A stretch of 64,000 nt of DNA from Pseudohongiellaceae bacterium. GTDB lineage: Bacteria; Pseudomonadota; Gammaproteobacteria; Pseudomonadales; Pseudohongiellaceae. The DNA lies in contig JBLHTH010000001.1 in assembly GCA_047627195.1 (NCBI GenBank), positions 3,232-67,231 on the forward strand. Direction: 5' to 3'. Positions within the stretch are counted from its first letter, which is position 1, and every line of letters starts with the position of its first letter. Both the position numbers and the translations under genes were made by a program. The notes beneath the pieces were generated by a model that ran no database searches, was not told the origin of the DNA, and was given only the letters and a program-made list of their open reading frames with translations. Positions 32,448-42,885 of this stretch are shown here, one piece after another.

Positions 32448-33098
32448 ATGAAAAAATTTACTGTTGAGAAGGGATTGGTTCTGCCATTGGATAGAGCGAA
32501 TGTGGATACTGATTTCATCATTCCCAAACAATTCCTGAAATCAATTAAGCGCACAGGGTTTGGGGTCAACTTATTCGATGAGCATCGCTATCTGGATAAA
32601 GGAGAGCCGGATTCTGACAACAGTCAGAGGCCCCTGAACCCTGATTTTGTGCTGAATCAGCCGCGCTATCAAGGCTGCAAAATCCTACTTGCTCAAGATA
32701 ACTTTGGCTGCGGCTCAAGTCGAGAGCATGCCCCTTGGGCTTTGGATGACTATGGGTTTCGTGTCGTGATGGCGCCAAGCTTTGCTGATATATTTCTCAA
32801 CAATTGCTTTAAGAATGGTTTGTTACCTATTGTTATTGATAAAGAAACTGTCACAAAAATGTTTCAAGATATCAAAGAGAATGAAGGCTATTCTTTGACA
32901 GTTGATTTAAGCGAGCAGCTTATTACTCGCCAAGATGGTAGCACTATTGCCTTTGAGGTTGATTCATTTCGCAAGAATTGCTTGCTTAATGGGTTGGATG
33001 ATATTGGCTTAACTTTAGAGGAAGCCAACACGATTAAAATATTTGAGGACAAATGGCGACAAACTTCTCCTTGGTATTTTACTCCGACCAGCTCTTGA
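32448..33098 (+). CDS. leuD: 3-isopropylmalate dehydratase small subunit
   Basis: Contains [14 protein letters not shown] and [15 protein letters not shown]. It follows leuC. Confidence 0.95.
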   Translation: MKKFTVEKGLVLPLDRANVDTDFIIPKQFLKSIKRTGFGVNLFDEHRYLDKGEPDSDNSQRPLNPDFVLNQPRYQGCKILLAQDNFGCGSSREHAPWALDDYGFRVVMAPSFADIFLNNCFKNGLLPIVIDKETVTKMFQDIKENEGYSLTVDLSEQLITRQDGSTIAFEVDSFRKNCLLNGLDDIGLTLEEANTIKIFEDKWRQTSPWYFTPTSS

Positions 33099-33279
33099 AC
33101 GGCTTTCAAGGGGCTTCAGCTGCTTGATGATTGGCGATGATTCGAGCTTACTTTCGGTCTATTTTTCGATTTAACTTTCGATTTTTTTTAAACCTTGCTT
33201 AGCTTTAAGTCAGTTTAATTTAACGAATTCAAACGCTTAGGATTGTATTCCTGGCTAAACATGATAAGAGAGAAGATAC

Positions 33280-34299
33280 ATGAGTCAGTATAATGTCGCT
33301 ATTGTTGGTGCAACCGGTGCCGTGGGCGAAGCTTTAATAGAAATATTAGCAAAGCGAAATTTTCCGGTAGCTGAATTATTTTTGTTAGCCAGTGAGCGAA
33401 CTGCAGGCACGAGAATCATGTTTAAGAATAAGTCGGTGATGGTCACCGACTTAGCTGAGTTTGATTTTTCTAAAGCGCAGATCGCATTGTTTTCTGCGGG
33501 CGGCAGCGTCTCCGCTGAATATGCCCCTAAAGCTGCTGCCGCGGGCTGTGTCGTGATAGATAACACCTCTCACTTTCGCTACGACGATGATATTCCTTTG
33601 GTTGTCCCAGAGGTTAATCCTGAACGGGTTGCCGATTACACTAAAAGAAACATCATCGCCAATCCAAACTGCTCGACAATTCAGATGCTTGTGGCTCTGA
33701 AGCCAATTCACTCCGCAGTGGGTATCAAGCGTATTTGTGTGTCCACCTATCAAGCTGTTTCAGGCGGCGGCAAATCGGCAATTAACGAATTGGCGAAGCA
33801 AACAGCCGAGCTATTGAACGGCCGAGACGCTGTTGCCGAGGTTTTTCCAAAACAGATTGCCTTCAATGTGTTACCTCAGATCGACAAATTCATGGATAAC
33901 GGCTACACCAAAGAAGAAATGAAAATGGTGTGGGAGACGCAAAAGATATTCGGTGATGAAAACATCCTGGTGAGCGCGACATGTGTGCGTGTGCCGGTGT
34001 TCTTTGGCCATTCAGAAGCGATTCAAATAGAGACGCAGACCCATTTAGACGTGAAAGATGCGCGCGAATTGCTGGAAAATGCTCGGGGTGTGACTGTGAT
34101 AGATGAGCACAAGGACGGCGCTTACCCAACGGCTGTTTCAGAATCTGCGGGCCAGGACGCAGTTTTTGTTGGCAGAATTCGGCAGGATATCTCACTTTCG
34201 AACGGCTTAAGTCTTTGGGTTGTTGCTGATAATGTTCGTAAGGGTGCAGCATTAAACTCAGTTCAAATAGCTGAAGAGTTGATAAAAAGCTATTTATAA
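33280..34299 (+). CDS. asd: Aspartate-semialdehyde dehydrogenase, short (Asd2/USG-1-like) type
   Basis: Contains VAIVGATGAVG, the active-site Cys in IANPNCSTIQM and the active-site His in RVPVFFGHSEAI. At 339 aa it belongs to the short branch of the family. Confidence 0.8.
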   Translation: MSQYNVAIVGATGAVGEALIEILAKRNFPVAELFLLASERTAGTRIMFKNKSVMVTDLAEFDFSKAQIALFSAGGSVSAEYAPKAAAAGCVVIDNTSHFRYDDDIPLVVPEVNPERVADYTKRNIIANPNCSTIQMLVALKPIHSAVGIKRICVSTYQAVSGGGKSAINELAKQTAELLNGRDAVAEVFPKQIAFNVLPQIDKFMDNGYTKEEMKMVWETQKIFGDENILVSATCVRVPVFFGHSEAIQIETQTHLDVKDARELLENARGVTVIDEHKDGAYPTAVSESAGQDAVFVGRIRQDISLSNGLSLWVVADNVRKGAALNSVQIAEELIKSYL

Positions 34300-34493
34300 T
34301 GAATACTTGCAAGCATTAGTGAAGAAACAGTATTAATATTAAAAAAGTTCGATGTGCAGTGGTCACTAACCTTTATGCCGACAGCGCAATACTACCTATG
34401 GGTTTTATCTTAAAGAGACCTTAGAACAAACACGCAAGAATATGAATTTTTAATACTGGGCCGTTTTTGGGCGAATTGAGAGAATCTTAAGTT

Positions 34494-37400
34494 ATGCTAC
34501 GTAAGTCCGTTGCCATACTGTCTGTGTTTTTATCATTCATCACAGCTGACGCTGTAGCTTTAGGGCTGGGTAGAGTTAGTGTTGAATCTTCGTTAAATCA
34601 GCCGCTTAGAGTGCGTATCGAAGTTTTGCAGTTAGGCGATACCCGGCTTGAAGATGTAAACATTCAGGTAGCCTCTCCAGAGGACTTTCTGCGCTTTAAC
34701 ATCGAGCGAGCAACATTTTTAAATAACATACGCTTTGATACCGACGCAGGGCCTCAGGGCGATTTTGTAATTCTTACTACAAATCAGATAGTTAGAGAGC
34801 CTTATCTAAGTTTCATTTTGGATACACGCTGGACTAACGGTCGTCTGCTAAGTGAGCATACGATACTGCTAGATTTGCCTGTTTACGAAGATGAAGCGAT
34901 CGCGGAAGCGGCGGTAAGGCGACCAATCAGCGCGGTACTGCCTCCACGCTCGCCGCCTCAGATTGCTGAGCCCGCTACAGTGGCACCGATTAGCTCAGTT
35001 CCCTCGGTTCAACCAATAATTCAACCAGAAGTCATCGCTGCGCCAAGCGCAGAGGACACTCAAGCTGAAGATATAGCAGTAGAGCAAACGTCAGTCGCCG
35101 ACACTGCGGCACTTGATGCCTCAAGCCAAGCTGAAAACTCAAGTGCCGATGCTCCTTCTGCGTTGACGCAAAATGCCGCCGCTGAAACTGACTCACAGGC
35201 AGTTGTAGAAGAGCCAGTTGTAGAAGAGCCAGCTGTAGAAGAGGCTATTGTAGAAGAGCCAGTTGAAGAAACGTCAGTAGAAGAAGAGCCGGCTGTCGAA
35301 CCAGAGCCTTTAGCCGAACTGGATGAAACATCCGAAGACATAATTGATGATGAGCCAAAAGAATTAGTGGCCGAGGCTGAAATTACAGATGAGTCAGCTA
35401 ACGATGATTTAGCAGATGCTTCCGACGAGACCGTTTCCGAAGAGCCCGTTGAGGCAGAGCAAGTAGTAGAAGAAGTTAAGCCCGCCCCGGAAACTATAAT
35501 GACAGGGCCTTCCGATACTCTGTCAGACATCGCTTTGCGAGTTCGCCCTGACAATAGCGTGAGCATTCAACAGACTATGCTCGCGATTCAGGAACTTAAC
35601 CCTGATGCTTTCACTGATGGCAATATCAACAGGCTACGCAGTGGCGAAGTACTTCGAGTGCCATCCATCACAGATATTCAAGCTATTGGGCAGCGGGAAG
35701 CAGTCGCGGAAGTAAGCAGGCAGAATCAACAAGTTACAACCGATGTTCAACCTTTGGCAGCACCGTCTAGTGCCGTGCCTGCGCAAAATGAAGAAGCGAG
35801 TGGGCAGCTTAGTGTTATTACTTCAGACATCGATGCAGATAGCGCTAGCGGTGCTGGGGTTACGGAAGATGCCGACGATACTGCGCTTGATGGGCGTATA
35901 TCGGAATTGGAAAACCAATTGGCGCTGCGAGAAGAAGAAGCAGATCGCGCTCGCATCGAAAAGGAAGAATTAGAGTCTAGGCTTGCCGAACTTGACGAAC
36001 AGATTGCGGCCGCACAAGAGATTATTAGATTACGTGACTTGCAATTGGCTCAGCTTCAGCAATCTCTAGCGGATGCCGCCGCAGAGTCAGAGCGTCAAGC
36101 ACAAGAGCTACAAAGTACAGCTGCGATCGCAACGGAAATAGCTGCTCAAACGCAGCCTACTGGATTCGTAGATGGTTTGCTGAGAACCTTGATGGGTAAT
36201 TCTATCGCGTTCATTGCAGCCGTAGTTGCTGTTATTTTGTTGCTCGCCGGGTTCTTGGTGATGCGCAATAAGACCAAGCAGCCAGACGAAGAAGATCTCG
36301 ATACGATTAAAGAAGATGAGTTTAAGGGCGTCACAGATGCCAAAGATGTTACGGAAGATAACGACGGCAGTGACGCCGCGATGCGGGCTGAGTTTCATGA
36401 CTACAAAGAAGCTGAGCTAGACAGCGAGCTAGACGACATTATCAGTGTTGGCGGTCAGTCTCAGAGAGACTCGGAAATCTTTGCTGATCCGGTCCTTGAT
36501 GCTGACCAAGATATCGGGTCCGAAGTTGATCTGTTAATTGAGAATGACCTGCTAGAGCAAGCGGACTTATTATTGGCGCAGGCGCTTAGGCAGAGCCCTG
36601 ACGATTCTCAGTTATTGTTGAAAAGGTTAGAAGTGATCGCGGCGCGCGGAGACTTGTCGGCCTTCGAAATGCAGGCTGAGATACTGCAAAAAGAGAATAA
36701 CCCAGCTATTAACGAAAAGATTGATAGCTTGCGAAAAGATCTAGCGGCCAACACAATTGCAGAGCTATCGGGTCAAGCCAGTGCCGATAGTGACGCTGAA
36801 ACACTGCGCCAAAAAGCTGAGACTGCATCTTTCTTAGATGACTTAGGAATCGATTTAGAGTCTTTCGAAGATGACGCCTTTCATCTTGCCGACGACCCGA
36901 TTGAAGATAAGCAAACCTCCAAGCCCCTAGAAGTTTCTTTGGATGATATGCCTGAGGAGACGGAACCAGATGCTGTCGACTTGATGTTCGATCTGGGAGC
37001 TGAGTCGGAGTCTGATATTTCAGAACCGGCGCTGGAAAAATCTGACCATGAAGAAACAGCCGCTACAGTCAATGAGGTAGATTTTGACCTTGAGGAAACT
37101 GATCAAGCGGCTCAATCTGAACTGATAGCGGAGCCGGTTGATGACAAAGTTGATTTTGAAACCTTGGAATTCGATCAGGCTGTTAAGTCAGACCTCGCGG
37201 AGGGCGGCAGCAAAGACCCAAAAGATTTAGAAATTGACACACTGGAATTTGATGTTCCCGAACAGGCGGAAGAAGTACCCGCGGCGCTAGAAGAAAAGTT
37301 AGATTTAGAAACCTTCTCATTTGACTCGCCGCCAGCATCTGTCCCTAACGATGAGCCAGTTAGTGTCGTCGAAGACGATGACAATGTACTGGACTTTAAT

Positions 37401-38114
37401 TTCGATAGTGCAGACGTCAAGGTCGAGCCCGAGGCGAAAGTCGATCACGATGCTTTTGACTTTGATTTAGATGAGGATTCCACTGCTACCGTTGTTGAGA
37501 AATCAGAAGGTCCAGAAGACTCGGAAAATGAAATTAGTTTAGATTTCGGCGATGCCAATGAATCTGACAGTGCCGCCTCAGTCAAAGATCCAACTGCGAT
37601 CGAGGATGATTTTGATTTTGATCTGAACGAGCTTGAAATTGACGCAGATGACATTGATATTAGTGATGTAGGAATAGAGCTAACCGACGATGATTTCTTG
37701 GATTTGGATAGCGATGCCGATAGTGACTTAAGCGGTGATAAAGGCTCAGCGAAGCCAAGCGTTAGTCTCGATTCAACAGCTGATGATGGATCGTTTGGCT
37801 TTGATGATGAGCTTGATGAGCCAAAGACTAACGCAGACACCTTGGTCGAGCCGCCAACAGCTTCTGGCGACGACTTAGAGTTCTTATCCGAAGATGATAT
37901 TGCTTTTGAGGGGCCAGACTTTGAGGGTGACCCAGAGAGCCTCTCTGATGAAGATGAGACTGCTACCAAGCTTGAGTTAGCTTACGCCTATCAGAAAATG
38001 GGCGATGCAGAGGGAGCGCAGGAAATTTTGCGGGAAGTCATTGCAGAAGGTACCGAAGCTCAAACCAAGGAAGCTCGGGAACTAATGGAAACCTTGAAGT
38101 CCAGTTCAGACTAG
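34494..38114 (+). CDS. fimV: FimV/HubP-like polar peptidoglycan-binding scaffold protein
   Basis: Contains a signal peptide, a LysM-like segment (SDTLSDIALRV...LRSGEVLRVP), a coiled coil, one TM helix (IAFIAAVVAVILLLAGFLV), a very acidic cytoplasmic region, and the FimV C-terminal TPR-like motif ATKLELAYAYQKMGDAEGAQEIL. The position between asd and truA is typical. Confidence 0.88.
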   Translation: MLRKSVAILSVFLSFITADAVALGLGRVSVESSLNQPLRVRIEVLQLGDTRLEDVNIQVASPEDFLRFNIERATFLNNIRFDTDAGPQGDFVILTTNQIVREPYLSFILDTRWTNGRLLSEHTILLDLPVYEDEAIAEAAVRRPISAVLPPRSPPQIAEPATVAPISSVPSVQPIIQPEVIAAPSAEDTQAEDIAVEQTSVADTAALDASSQAENSSADAPSALTQNAAAETDSQAVVEEPVVEEPAVEEAIVEEPVEETSVEEEPAVEPEPLAELDETSEDIIDDEPKELVAEAEITDESANDDLADASDETVSEEPVEAEQVVEEVKPAPETIMTGPSDTLSDIALRVRPDNSVSIQQTMLAIQELNPDAFTDGNINRLRSGEVLRVPSITDIQAIGQREAVAEVSRQNQQVTTDVQPLAAPSSAVPAQNEEASGQLSVITSDIDADSASGAGVTEDADDTALDGRISELENQLALREEEADRARIEKEELESRLAELDEQIAAAQEIIRLRDLQLAQLQQSLADAAAESERQAQELQSTAAIATEIAAQTQPTGFVDGLLRTLMGNSIAFIAAVVAVILLLAGFLVMRNKTKQPDEEDLDTIKEDEFKGVTDAKDVTEDNDGSDAAMRAEFHDYKEAELDSELDDIISVGGQSQRDSEIFADPVLDADQDIGSEVDLLIENDLLEQADLLLAQALRQSPDDSQLLLKRLEVIAARGDLSAFEMQAEILQKENNPAINEKIDSLRKDLAANTIAELSGQASADSDAETLRQKAETASFLDDLGIDLESFEDDAFHLADDPIEDKQTSKPLEVSLDDMPEETEPDAVDLMFDLGAESESDISEPALEKSDHEETAATVNEVDFDLEETDQAAQSELIAEPVDDKVDFETLEFDQAVKSDLAEGGSKDPKDLEIDTLEFDVPEQAEEVPAALEEKLDLETFSFDSPPASVPNDEPVSVVEDDDNVLDFNFDSADVKVEPEAKVDHDAFDFDLDEDSTATVVEKSEGPEDSENEISLDFGDANESDSAASVKDPTAIEDDFDFDLNELEIDADDIDISDVGIELTDDDFLDLDSDADSDLSGDKGSAKPSVSLDSTADDGSFGFDDELDEPKTNADTLVEPPTASGDDLEFLSEDDIAFEGPDFEGDPESLSDEDETATKLELAYAYQKMGDAEGAQEILREVIAEGTEAQTKEARELMETLKSSSD
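35202..35291 (+). repeat. About six imperfect copies of a 15-nt in-frame repeat inside fimV (encodes V-V-E-E-P-like units)
   Basis: Direct reading: gttgtagaagagcca occurs twice exactly, then diverged copies follow. The protein reads VVEEPVVEEPAVEEAIVEEPVEETSVEEEP. Confidence 0.85.
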
Positions 38115-38157
38115 GGCTGCTATTTTGCAACCGCCTCTAACGTGATCACCAGCCACA

Positions 38158-39024
38158 GTGACTAACCGAGATACCTTCAATCAATCGAAGCCAGCGCAAG
38201 CTGGCGGCGAACGCTACCCTGCTACTACCAGAATTGCGCTGCGTGTCGAATATAACGGGGCAAAGTTTTCAGGCTGGCAAAAACAAAAAAACCCATTGCT
38301 GGCAACGGTCCAAGGTGCACTCGAACTCGCGCTTAGTAGAGTCGCTGATTCAACCATAGTGGTCATTTGCGCGGGACGAACTGACTCAGGAGTTCACGCG
38401 ACCTCGCAGATCGTTCACTTTGATACCCCAATCGATCGCGGGGTTAAGGCCTGGGAGTTGGGTGTAAATAGTCTATTGCCACCAACAATAAGAGTGACTC
38501 AGGCGCTTGTGGTAGATGATAAATTTCATGCCCGTTTCAGTGCGGTTTACCGTCGTTATAACTATATTCTGCATACCAGATCAATCGCGTCTGCCTTGGT
38601 CGCTGATCTGGTGACCACACAGCGCAGAAATTTAAACGTTGATGCGATGAACTCAGGTGCGCAATTTCTGCTGGGAGAACATGATTTTAGTTCGTTCCGA
38701 GCAGCTGGATGCCAGTCAAAGACAGCTAATCGATGTATTATTGAGGCTTCCTTTTCTGAGCATGGTGAGTTCTTAGTGTTCTCTATTTGCGCGAATGCTT
38801 TTTTGCAGCACATGGTCCGGAATATTATGGGTTCCATGCTGGCGGTAGGCAGCAGCGATAAAAGCCCCGAATGGATTGAAGGTCTGTTAGCGGCAAAAGA
38901 TAGAACTCAAGCTGCCATAACAGCGCCGCCGCAGGGGCTATACCTTGTTGAGGTAGGTTATCCTGAGAATATATTAAGTCCTGCAAGACTCGTAAAACCT
39001 CCGGTTTTAGCATCACATAATTAG
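38158..39024 (+). CDS. truA: tRNA pseudouridine(38-40) synthase
   Basis: Contains RIALRVEYNGAKFSGWQKQ and the catalytic Asp in GRTDSGVHA. GTG start; the N-terminal extent is uncertain. Confidence 0.9.
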   Translation: MTNRDTFNQSKPAQAGGERYPATTRIALRVEYNGAKFSGWQKQKNPLLATVQGALELALSRVADSTIVVICAGRTDSGVHATSQIVHFDTPIDRGVKAWELGVNSLLPPTIRVTQALVVDDKFHARFSAVYRRYNYILHTRSIASALVADLVTTQRRNLNVDAMNSGAQFLLGEHDFSSFRAAGCQSKTANRCIIEASFSEHGEFLVFSICANAFLQHMVRNIMGSMLAVGSSDKSPEWIEGLLAAKDRTQAAITAPPQGLYLVEVGYPENILSPARLVKPPVLASHN

Positions 39025-39106
39025 GCTAAATCACTCTAATTTGATAAACTTAGAAATTCGGAAATTTTGTGCCAGCGCGGTACCTGCACCTATACCGGTG
39101 CTCATT

Positions 39107-39177
39107 CCGACACTTACACCGACACTTACACCGACACTTACACCGACACTTACACCGACACTTACACCGACACTTAG
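39107..39177. repeat. 12-nt minisatellite (CCGACACTTACA), 5.9 copies
   Basis: Direct reading shows five perfect 12-mers plus a truncated sixth. The repeat ends 13 nt before the trpF TTG start. Confidence 0.97.
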
Positions 39178-39190
39178 CTTATAACTTACC

Positions 39191-39826
39191 TTGTCTAAAA
39201 CTTGGATCAAAATATGTGGGATCACTCAGCACAGTGACGCTGTAGCGGCCTGTGAGTTGGGTGCAGATGCTATTGGGCTGGTATTCTATCCGCCTAGCTC
39301 TCGAGCTGTCTCTGTAAATCAGATTGAAGGTATTGTTGGGGATTTACCTAAGCAGGTAACTGTTGTTGCTCTATTTGTCGATCCTACTGTGGAAGAAGTT
39401 AATCAGGTTATTGCTACAGGGTTGATCGATTTATTACAGTTTCACGGTGAAGAGACGCCAGCTTATTGTCAGTCTTTTGGCCTTCCTACGATGAAAGCAT
39501 TTCGTGTTGGCAAAGATCTCGATTTACAGAAGTCTATAGGGTTATATCGTGAGTCGGAATTAATATTGCTGGATGCCTATGAGAAAGATGCGCCAGGTGG
39601 AACTGGTAAACTATTTGACTGGGATGTGGCCATCAAAGCTGCGCAAAGCGGGGAGATTAAGTTGGTTCTGGCCGGCGGTTTAAATCCTGACAACGTGCAA
39701 GAGGCGGTCATCCGTGTAGACCCTTTTGGCGTTGATGTAAGCAGCGGGGTTGAGTTGTCCCCCGGTAAGAAAGATATTGTGTTAATCAAAAAATTTATTG
39801 AAGGAGTACGAAGTGTCTCAAGCTGA
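39191..39826 (+). CDS. trpF: Phosphoribosylanthranilate isomerase
   Basis: The conserved N-terminus KICGIT is present, plus LQFHGEE and [12 protein letters not shown] 39191 is the only canonical start downstream of the in-frame TAA at 39182. Confidence 0.88.
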   Translation: MSKTWIKICGITQHSDAVAACELGADAIGLVFYPPSSRAVSVNQIEGIVGDLPKQVTVVALFVDPTVEEVNQVIATGLIDLLQFHGEETPAYCQSFGLPTMKAFRVGKDLDLQKSIGLYRESELILLDAYEKDAPGGTGKLFDWDVAIKAAQSGEIKLVLAGGLNPDNVQEAVIRVDPFGVDVSSGVELSPGKKDIVLIKKFIEGVRSVSS

Positions 39827-41036
39827 AATAGAGATAGATCAATTCGATGGCCCTGACGATACAGGTCATTTCGGTCCTTACGGCGGCATTTTTGTCGGTG
39901 AAACACTTGTTGCAGCAGTGGAAGAATTGGCGGCTGTGTATAAAGAGCTGTCGGCTGACAAAGAATTCTGGCGCCAGTATGACTATGATCTAAAACATTA
40001 TGTTGGTCGACCGTCGCCGTTGTATTTCGCGCAGCGATTAACGACTCACTGCGGTGGGGCAAAAATCTATCTTAAACGAGAAGATTTAAATCATACCGGT
40101 GCTCATAAAATCAACAATACCATTGGTCAAGCATTGCTTGCTAAACATATGGGGAAGACTAGGATTATTGCCGAGACCGGTGCCGGCCAGCACGGTGTTG
40201 CCAGTGCTACGGTCGCCGCGCGCATGGGTTTGGAGTGTCATGTATACATGGGTGCGCAGGACATCATTAGGCAGGCCCCTAATGTCTATCGTATGAAGCT
40301 TTTGGGCGCTAACGTTATTTCTGTTGAGTCCGGTTCAAAGACATTGAAAGATGCCTTGAATGAGGCGCTGCGTGACTGGGCTACTAACGTTGATAATACT
40401 TATTATATTATTGGCACCGTTGCTGGTCCGCATCCATACCCGCAGCTGGTGCGAGATTTTCAGAGTATTATTGGCAGGGAAACTAAAGCTCAGTGTTTAG
40501 ATCAAATCGGGCAATTGCCAGATGCGCTTGTTGCCTGCGTTGGTGGCGGCTCAAATGCTATAGGTATGTTTCATCCGTTCCTGCACGATACTGATGTGGC
40601 GATGTATGGAGTAGAGGCAGGTGGCTACGGTTTAGATACAAATCAACATGCAGCACCTCTAAGTGGTAACGGCAAGCCTGGGATATTACACGGCAATCGA
40701 ACCTATTTAATGACCGATGAGGGTGGTCAAATTATGGAGACTCATTCAGTGTCGGCAGGTTTGGACTATCCCGGTGTTGGACCTGAGCATTCTTGGTTGA
40801 AAGACATTAAGCGGGTCAATTATGTCGCTGCAACTGATACTGAAGCGATGGCTGCTTTTCATAAGATGACTCGATTAGAAGGTATTATTCCCGCTCTCGA
40901 GACGAGCCATGCAATTGCCTATGCAATGGACTTAGCGAAACGCATGGATCCCGAGCAAACGATAGTAATTAACGTCTCGGGGCGAGGGGACAAAGACATC
41001 GAAACAGTGGCTAAAATTGAAGGGATAACTTTGTAA
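39813..41036 (+). CDS. trpB: Tryptophan synthase beta chain
   Basis: Contains [11 protein letters not shown], the PLP lysine in HTGAHKINN, and GGGSNAIG. I place the start at GTG 39813, 7 nt after AAGGAG. The ORF-track start 39798 (TTG) is less likely. Confidence 0.94.
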   Translation: MSQAEIEIDQFDGPDDTGHFGPYGGIFVGETLVAAVEELAAVYKELSADKEFWRQYDYDLKHYVGRPSPLYFAQRLTTHCGGAKIYLKREDLNHTGAHKINNTIGQALLAKHMGKTRIIAETGAGQHGVASATVAARMGLECHVYMGAQDIIRQAPNVYRMKLLGANVISVESGSKTLKDALNEALRDWATNVDNTYYIIGTVAGPHPYPQLVRDFQSIIGRETKAQCLDQIGQLPDALVACVGGGSNAIGMFHPFLHDTDVAMYGVEAGGYGLDTNQHAAPLSGNGKPGILHGNRTYLMTDEGGQIMETHSVSAGLDYPGVGPEHSWLKDIKRVNYVAATDTEAMAAFHKMTRLEGIIPALETSHAIAYAMDLAKRMDPEQTIVINVSGRGDKDIETVAKIEGITL

Positions 41037-41041
41037 GCATT

Positions 41042-41860
41042 ATGAGTCATATAACTAAAGTAATAAGTGATGCCAAAGCCGTTAAACGGAAATTACTCAT
41101 CCCCTATATAGTGGCCGGTGACCCAAATATCGATACCAGTTTATTGCTGATGCATCAGTTGGTTGAAGACGGCGCAGATATTATTGAGCTGGGAGTGCCG
41201 TTTAGTGACCCCTCATCTGATGGACCTGTTATTCAGAGGGGCGTTGAGCGTGCCTTGGCGCAAGGCGTATCGTTGATCGATGTATTAGATTTGGTCAAAC
41301 GATTCCGCGAACGAAACACCAATACTCCGGTAGTTTTAATGGGTTATCTCAACCCTGTAGAAATTATGGGATATGAAAAATTTGTTGAGCGTGCCAAAGA
41401 CGCTAGTGTTGACGGTGTGTTATTAGTTGACATGCCTCCTGCTGAGTCCAAAGAGCTGCACGGCTTGCTGAGCGTTGCAGATATTGACACTATTTATTTG
41501 GTTGCACCGACCACTACCAAAGAAAGAGCTCAGAGCATTGTTAAAGTCACCAGCGGCTACCTTTATTACGTTTCTCTTAAGGGTGTCACCGGTGCCGCCT
41601 TAATAGATCATGCGTCGGTTGCTGACAAGATTAAGAATTTAAGAAATATGACCGATTTACCGATAATGGTTGGGTTTGGGATAAAAGACGGAAAAAGTGC
41701 AGCTGCGATGGCAGAACTCGCCGATGGAGTAATTATCGGCAGTGCTTTGGTCACGGAAATAGCTAAACTGACTGAACATGAAGGTAATTCTGAGTTCCCA
41801 ATTAGCCAGACCACAGCTATGATTAGCGATGTTCGAGATGCCTTGGACCGAATGAGCTAG
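41042..41860 (+). CDS. trpA: Tryptophan synthase alpha chain
   Basis: Contains [29 protein letters not shown] and VGFGI. Confidence 0.94.
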   Translation: MSHITKVISDAKAVKRKLLIPYIVAGDPNIDTSLLLMHQLVEDGADIIELGVPFSDPSSDGPVIQRGVERALAQGVSLIDVLDLVKRFRERNTNTPVVLMGYLNPVEIMGYEKFVERAKDASVDGVLLVDMPPAESKELHGLLSVADIDTIYLVAPTTTKERAQSIVKVTSGYLYYVSLKGVTGAALIDHASVADKIKNLRNMTDLPIMVGFGIKDGKSAAAMAELADGVIIGSALVTEIAKLTEHEGNSEFPISQTTAMISDVRDALDRMS

Positions 41861-41895
41861 CAGCCTACACCGCGACTGACATACAGGAAAATATT

Positions 41896-42885
41896 TTGAG
41901 CTGGATAGATAAGATTTTACCGTCAATTTCCACCTCTGGAGCCGCCGCCAAAAAGAAAGGCATGATGGTGCCAGAAGGGGTTTGGAAGAAATGCCCACGC
42001 TGTGACGCGATGCTGTATCAAAAATCGCTCTCAGAGAACCATGAAGTATGTCCTAAATGTGATCATCATCTTCGAATTACTGCTCGGCGCCGGCTAGAAC
42101 TTTTTCTCGATCCGGGTGAGCAAATTGAACTTGACGCAAATATTGAGCCGGTTGACCTACTTAAGTTTAAGGACCTGAAAAAATATAAAGATCGTTTGGT
42201 TGCTGCTCAGCGCGCAACTGGAGAGAAAGACGCGCTAATAGTTTTGAAGGGTTCGATAAAGGGTGTGCCAGCCATCGTTGCTGCATTTGAATTTGGTTTT
42301 ATAGGCGGCTCTATGGGCGCCGTGGTTGGTGAAAAGTTCACTCGTGCCGTAAATACCTGTATTAAAGAAGGTCTGCCGCTAGTGTGTTTTTCCACCAGTG
42401 GCGGCGCGAGGATGCAAGAAGCGCTACTGTCACTGATGCAGATGGCAAAAACCTCTGCCGCATTGGAAAAGCTTCGCGAAGCGAGATTACCTTATATATC
42501 TATCATGGTTGACCCTGTTTACGGTGGTGTGTCGGCGAGCCTGGCAATGCTAGGCGAAATTAACATCGCTGAACCTAATGCTTTAGTAGGCTTCACGGGC
42601 CCAGACGTCATCCGTCAGACAGTGAGGGTGAAGTTACCCGAGGGTTTTCAGCGCAGTGAGTTTCTATTGGAGCACGGCGCAATTGATATGATTGTTCACC
42701 GTCGAGATTTGTCATCTAAAGTCGCTTCAATGTTAGAGAAGCTCATGCATTTGACACCGCAGCCTAAGTCAGCACCACAGCAAGAACCTTTAACCGTCGA
42801 GGTTGCTGTGGCTAATGAAGGCGTTATCGTCCTTGAATCTAGTCCTGATGAGGCTGCTAACCCTAAAAAGCTAGATGAGGAATAG
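41896..42885 (+). CDS. accD: Acetyl-CoA carboxylase carboxyltransferase beta subunit
   Basis: TTG start gives MSWIDKI, matching my recollection of E. coli MSWIERI. The zinc ribbon CPRC...CPKCDHH is present. The C-terminus has a low-complexity tail. Confidence 0.93.
   Translation: MSWIDKILPSISTSGAAAKKKGMMVPEGVWKKCPRCDAMLYQKSLSENHEVCPKCDHHLRITARRRLELFLDPGEQIELDANIEPVDLLKFKDLKKYKDRLVAAQRATGEKDALIVLKGSIKGVPAIVAAFEFGFIGGSMGAVVGEKFTRAVNTCIKEGLPLVCFSTSGGARMQEALLSLMQMAKTSAALEKLREARLPYISIMVDPVYGGVSASLAMLGEINIAEPNALVGFTGPDVIRQTVRVKLPEGFQRSEFLLEHGAIDMIVHRRDLSSKVASMLEKLMHLTPQPKSAPQQEPLTVEVAVANEGVIVLESSPDEAANPKKLDEE

Noticed and set aside
35060-37969. Long minus-strand ORFs inside fimV (35060-35566, 168 aa; 37175-37420; 37445-37969, 174 aa). 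All are extremely Ser-rich.
   Set aside because: They are antisense to GAA/GAT/GAG-rich acidic coding sequence, which reads as TTC/ATC/CTC and gives Ser-rich, stop-poor frames. They have low-complexity composition, no motifs and no ribosome-binding sites. They are a compositional artefact of the fimV reading frame.
23842-39177. Whether the two tandem repeats (6-mer x9 at 23842-23895 and 12-mer x6 at 39107-39177) could be CRISPR arrays.
   Set aside because: The units are contiguous with no spacers and far shorter than CRISPR repeats. No cas genes are present in the window.
39031-39225. Minus-strand 64-aa ORF encoding (VGVS)n across the 12-nt minisatellite.
   Set aside because: The open frame is a by-product of a 12-nt (in-frame) repeat. 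Its start codon lies inside trpF. The non-repeat flanks are short and featureless. I cannot exclude it formally, but nothing supports it.
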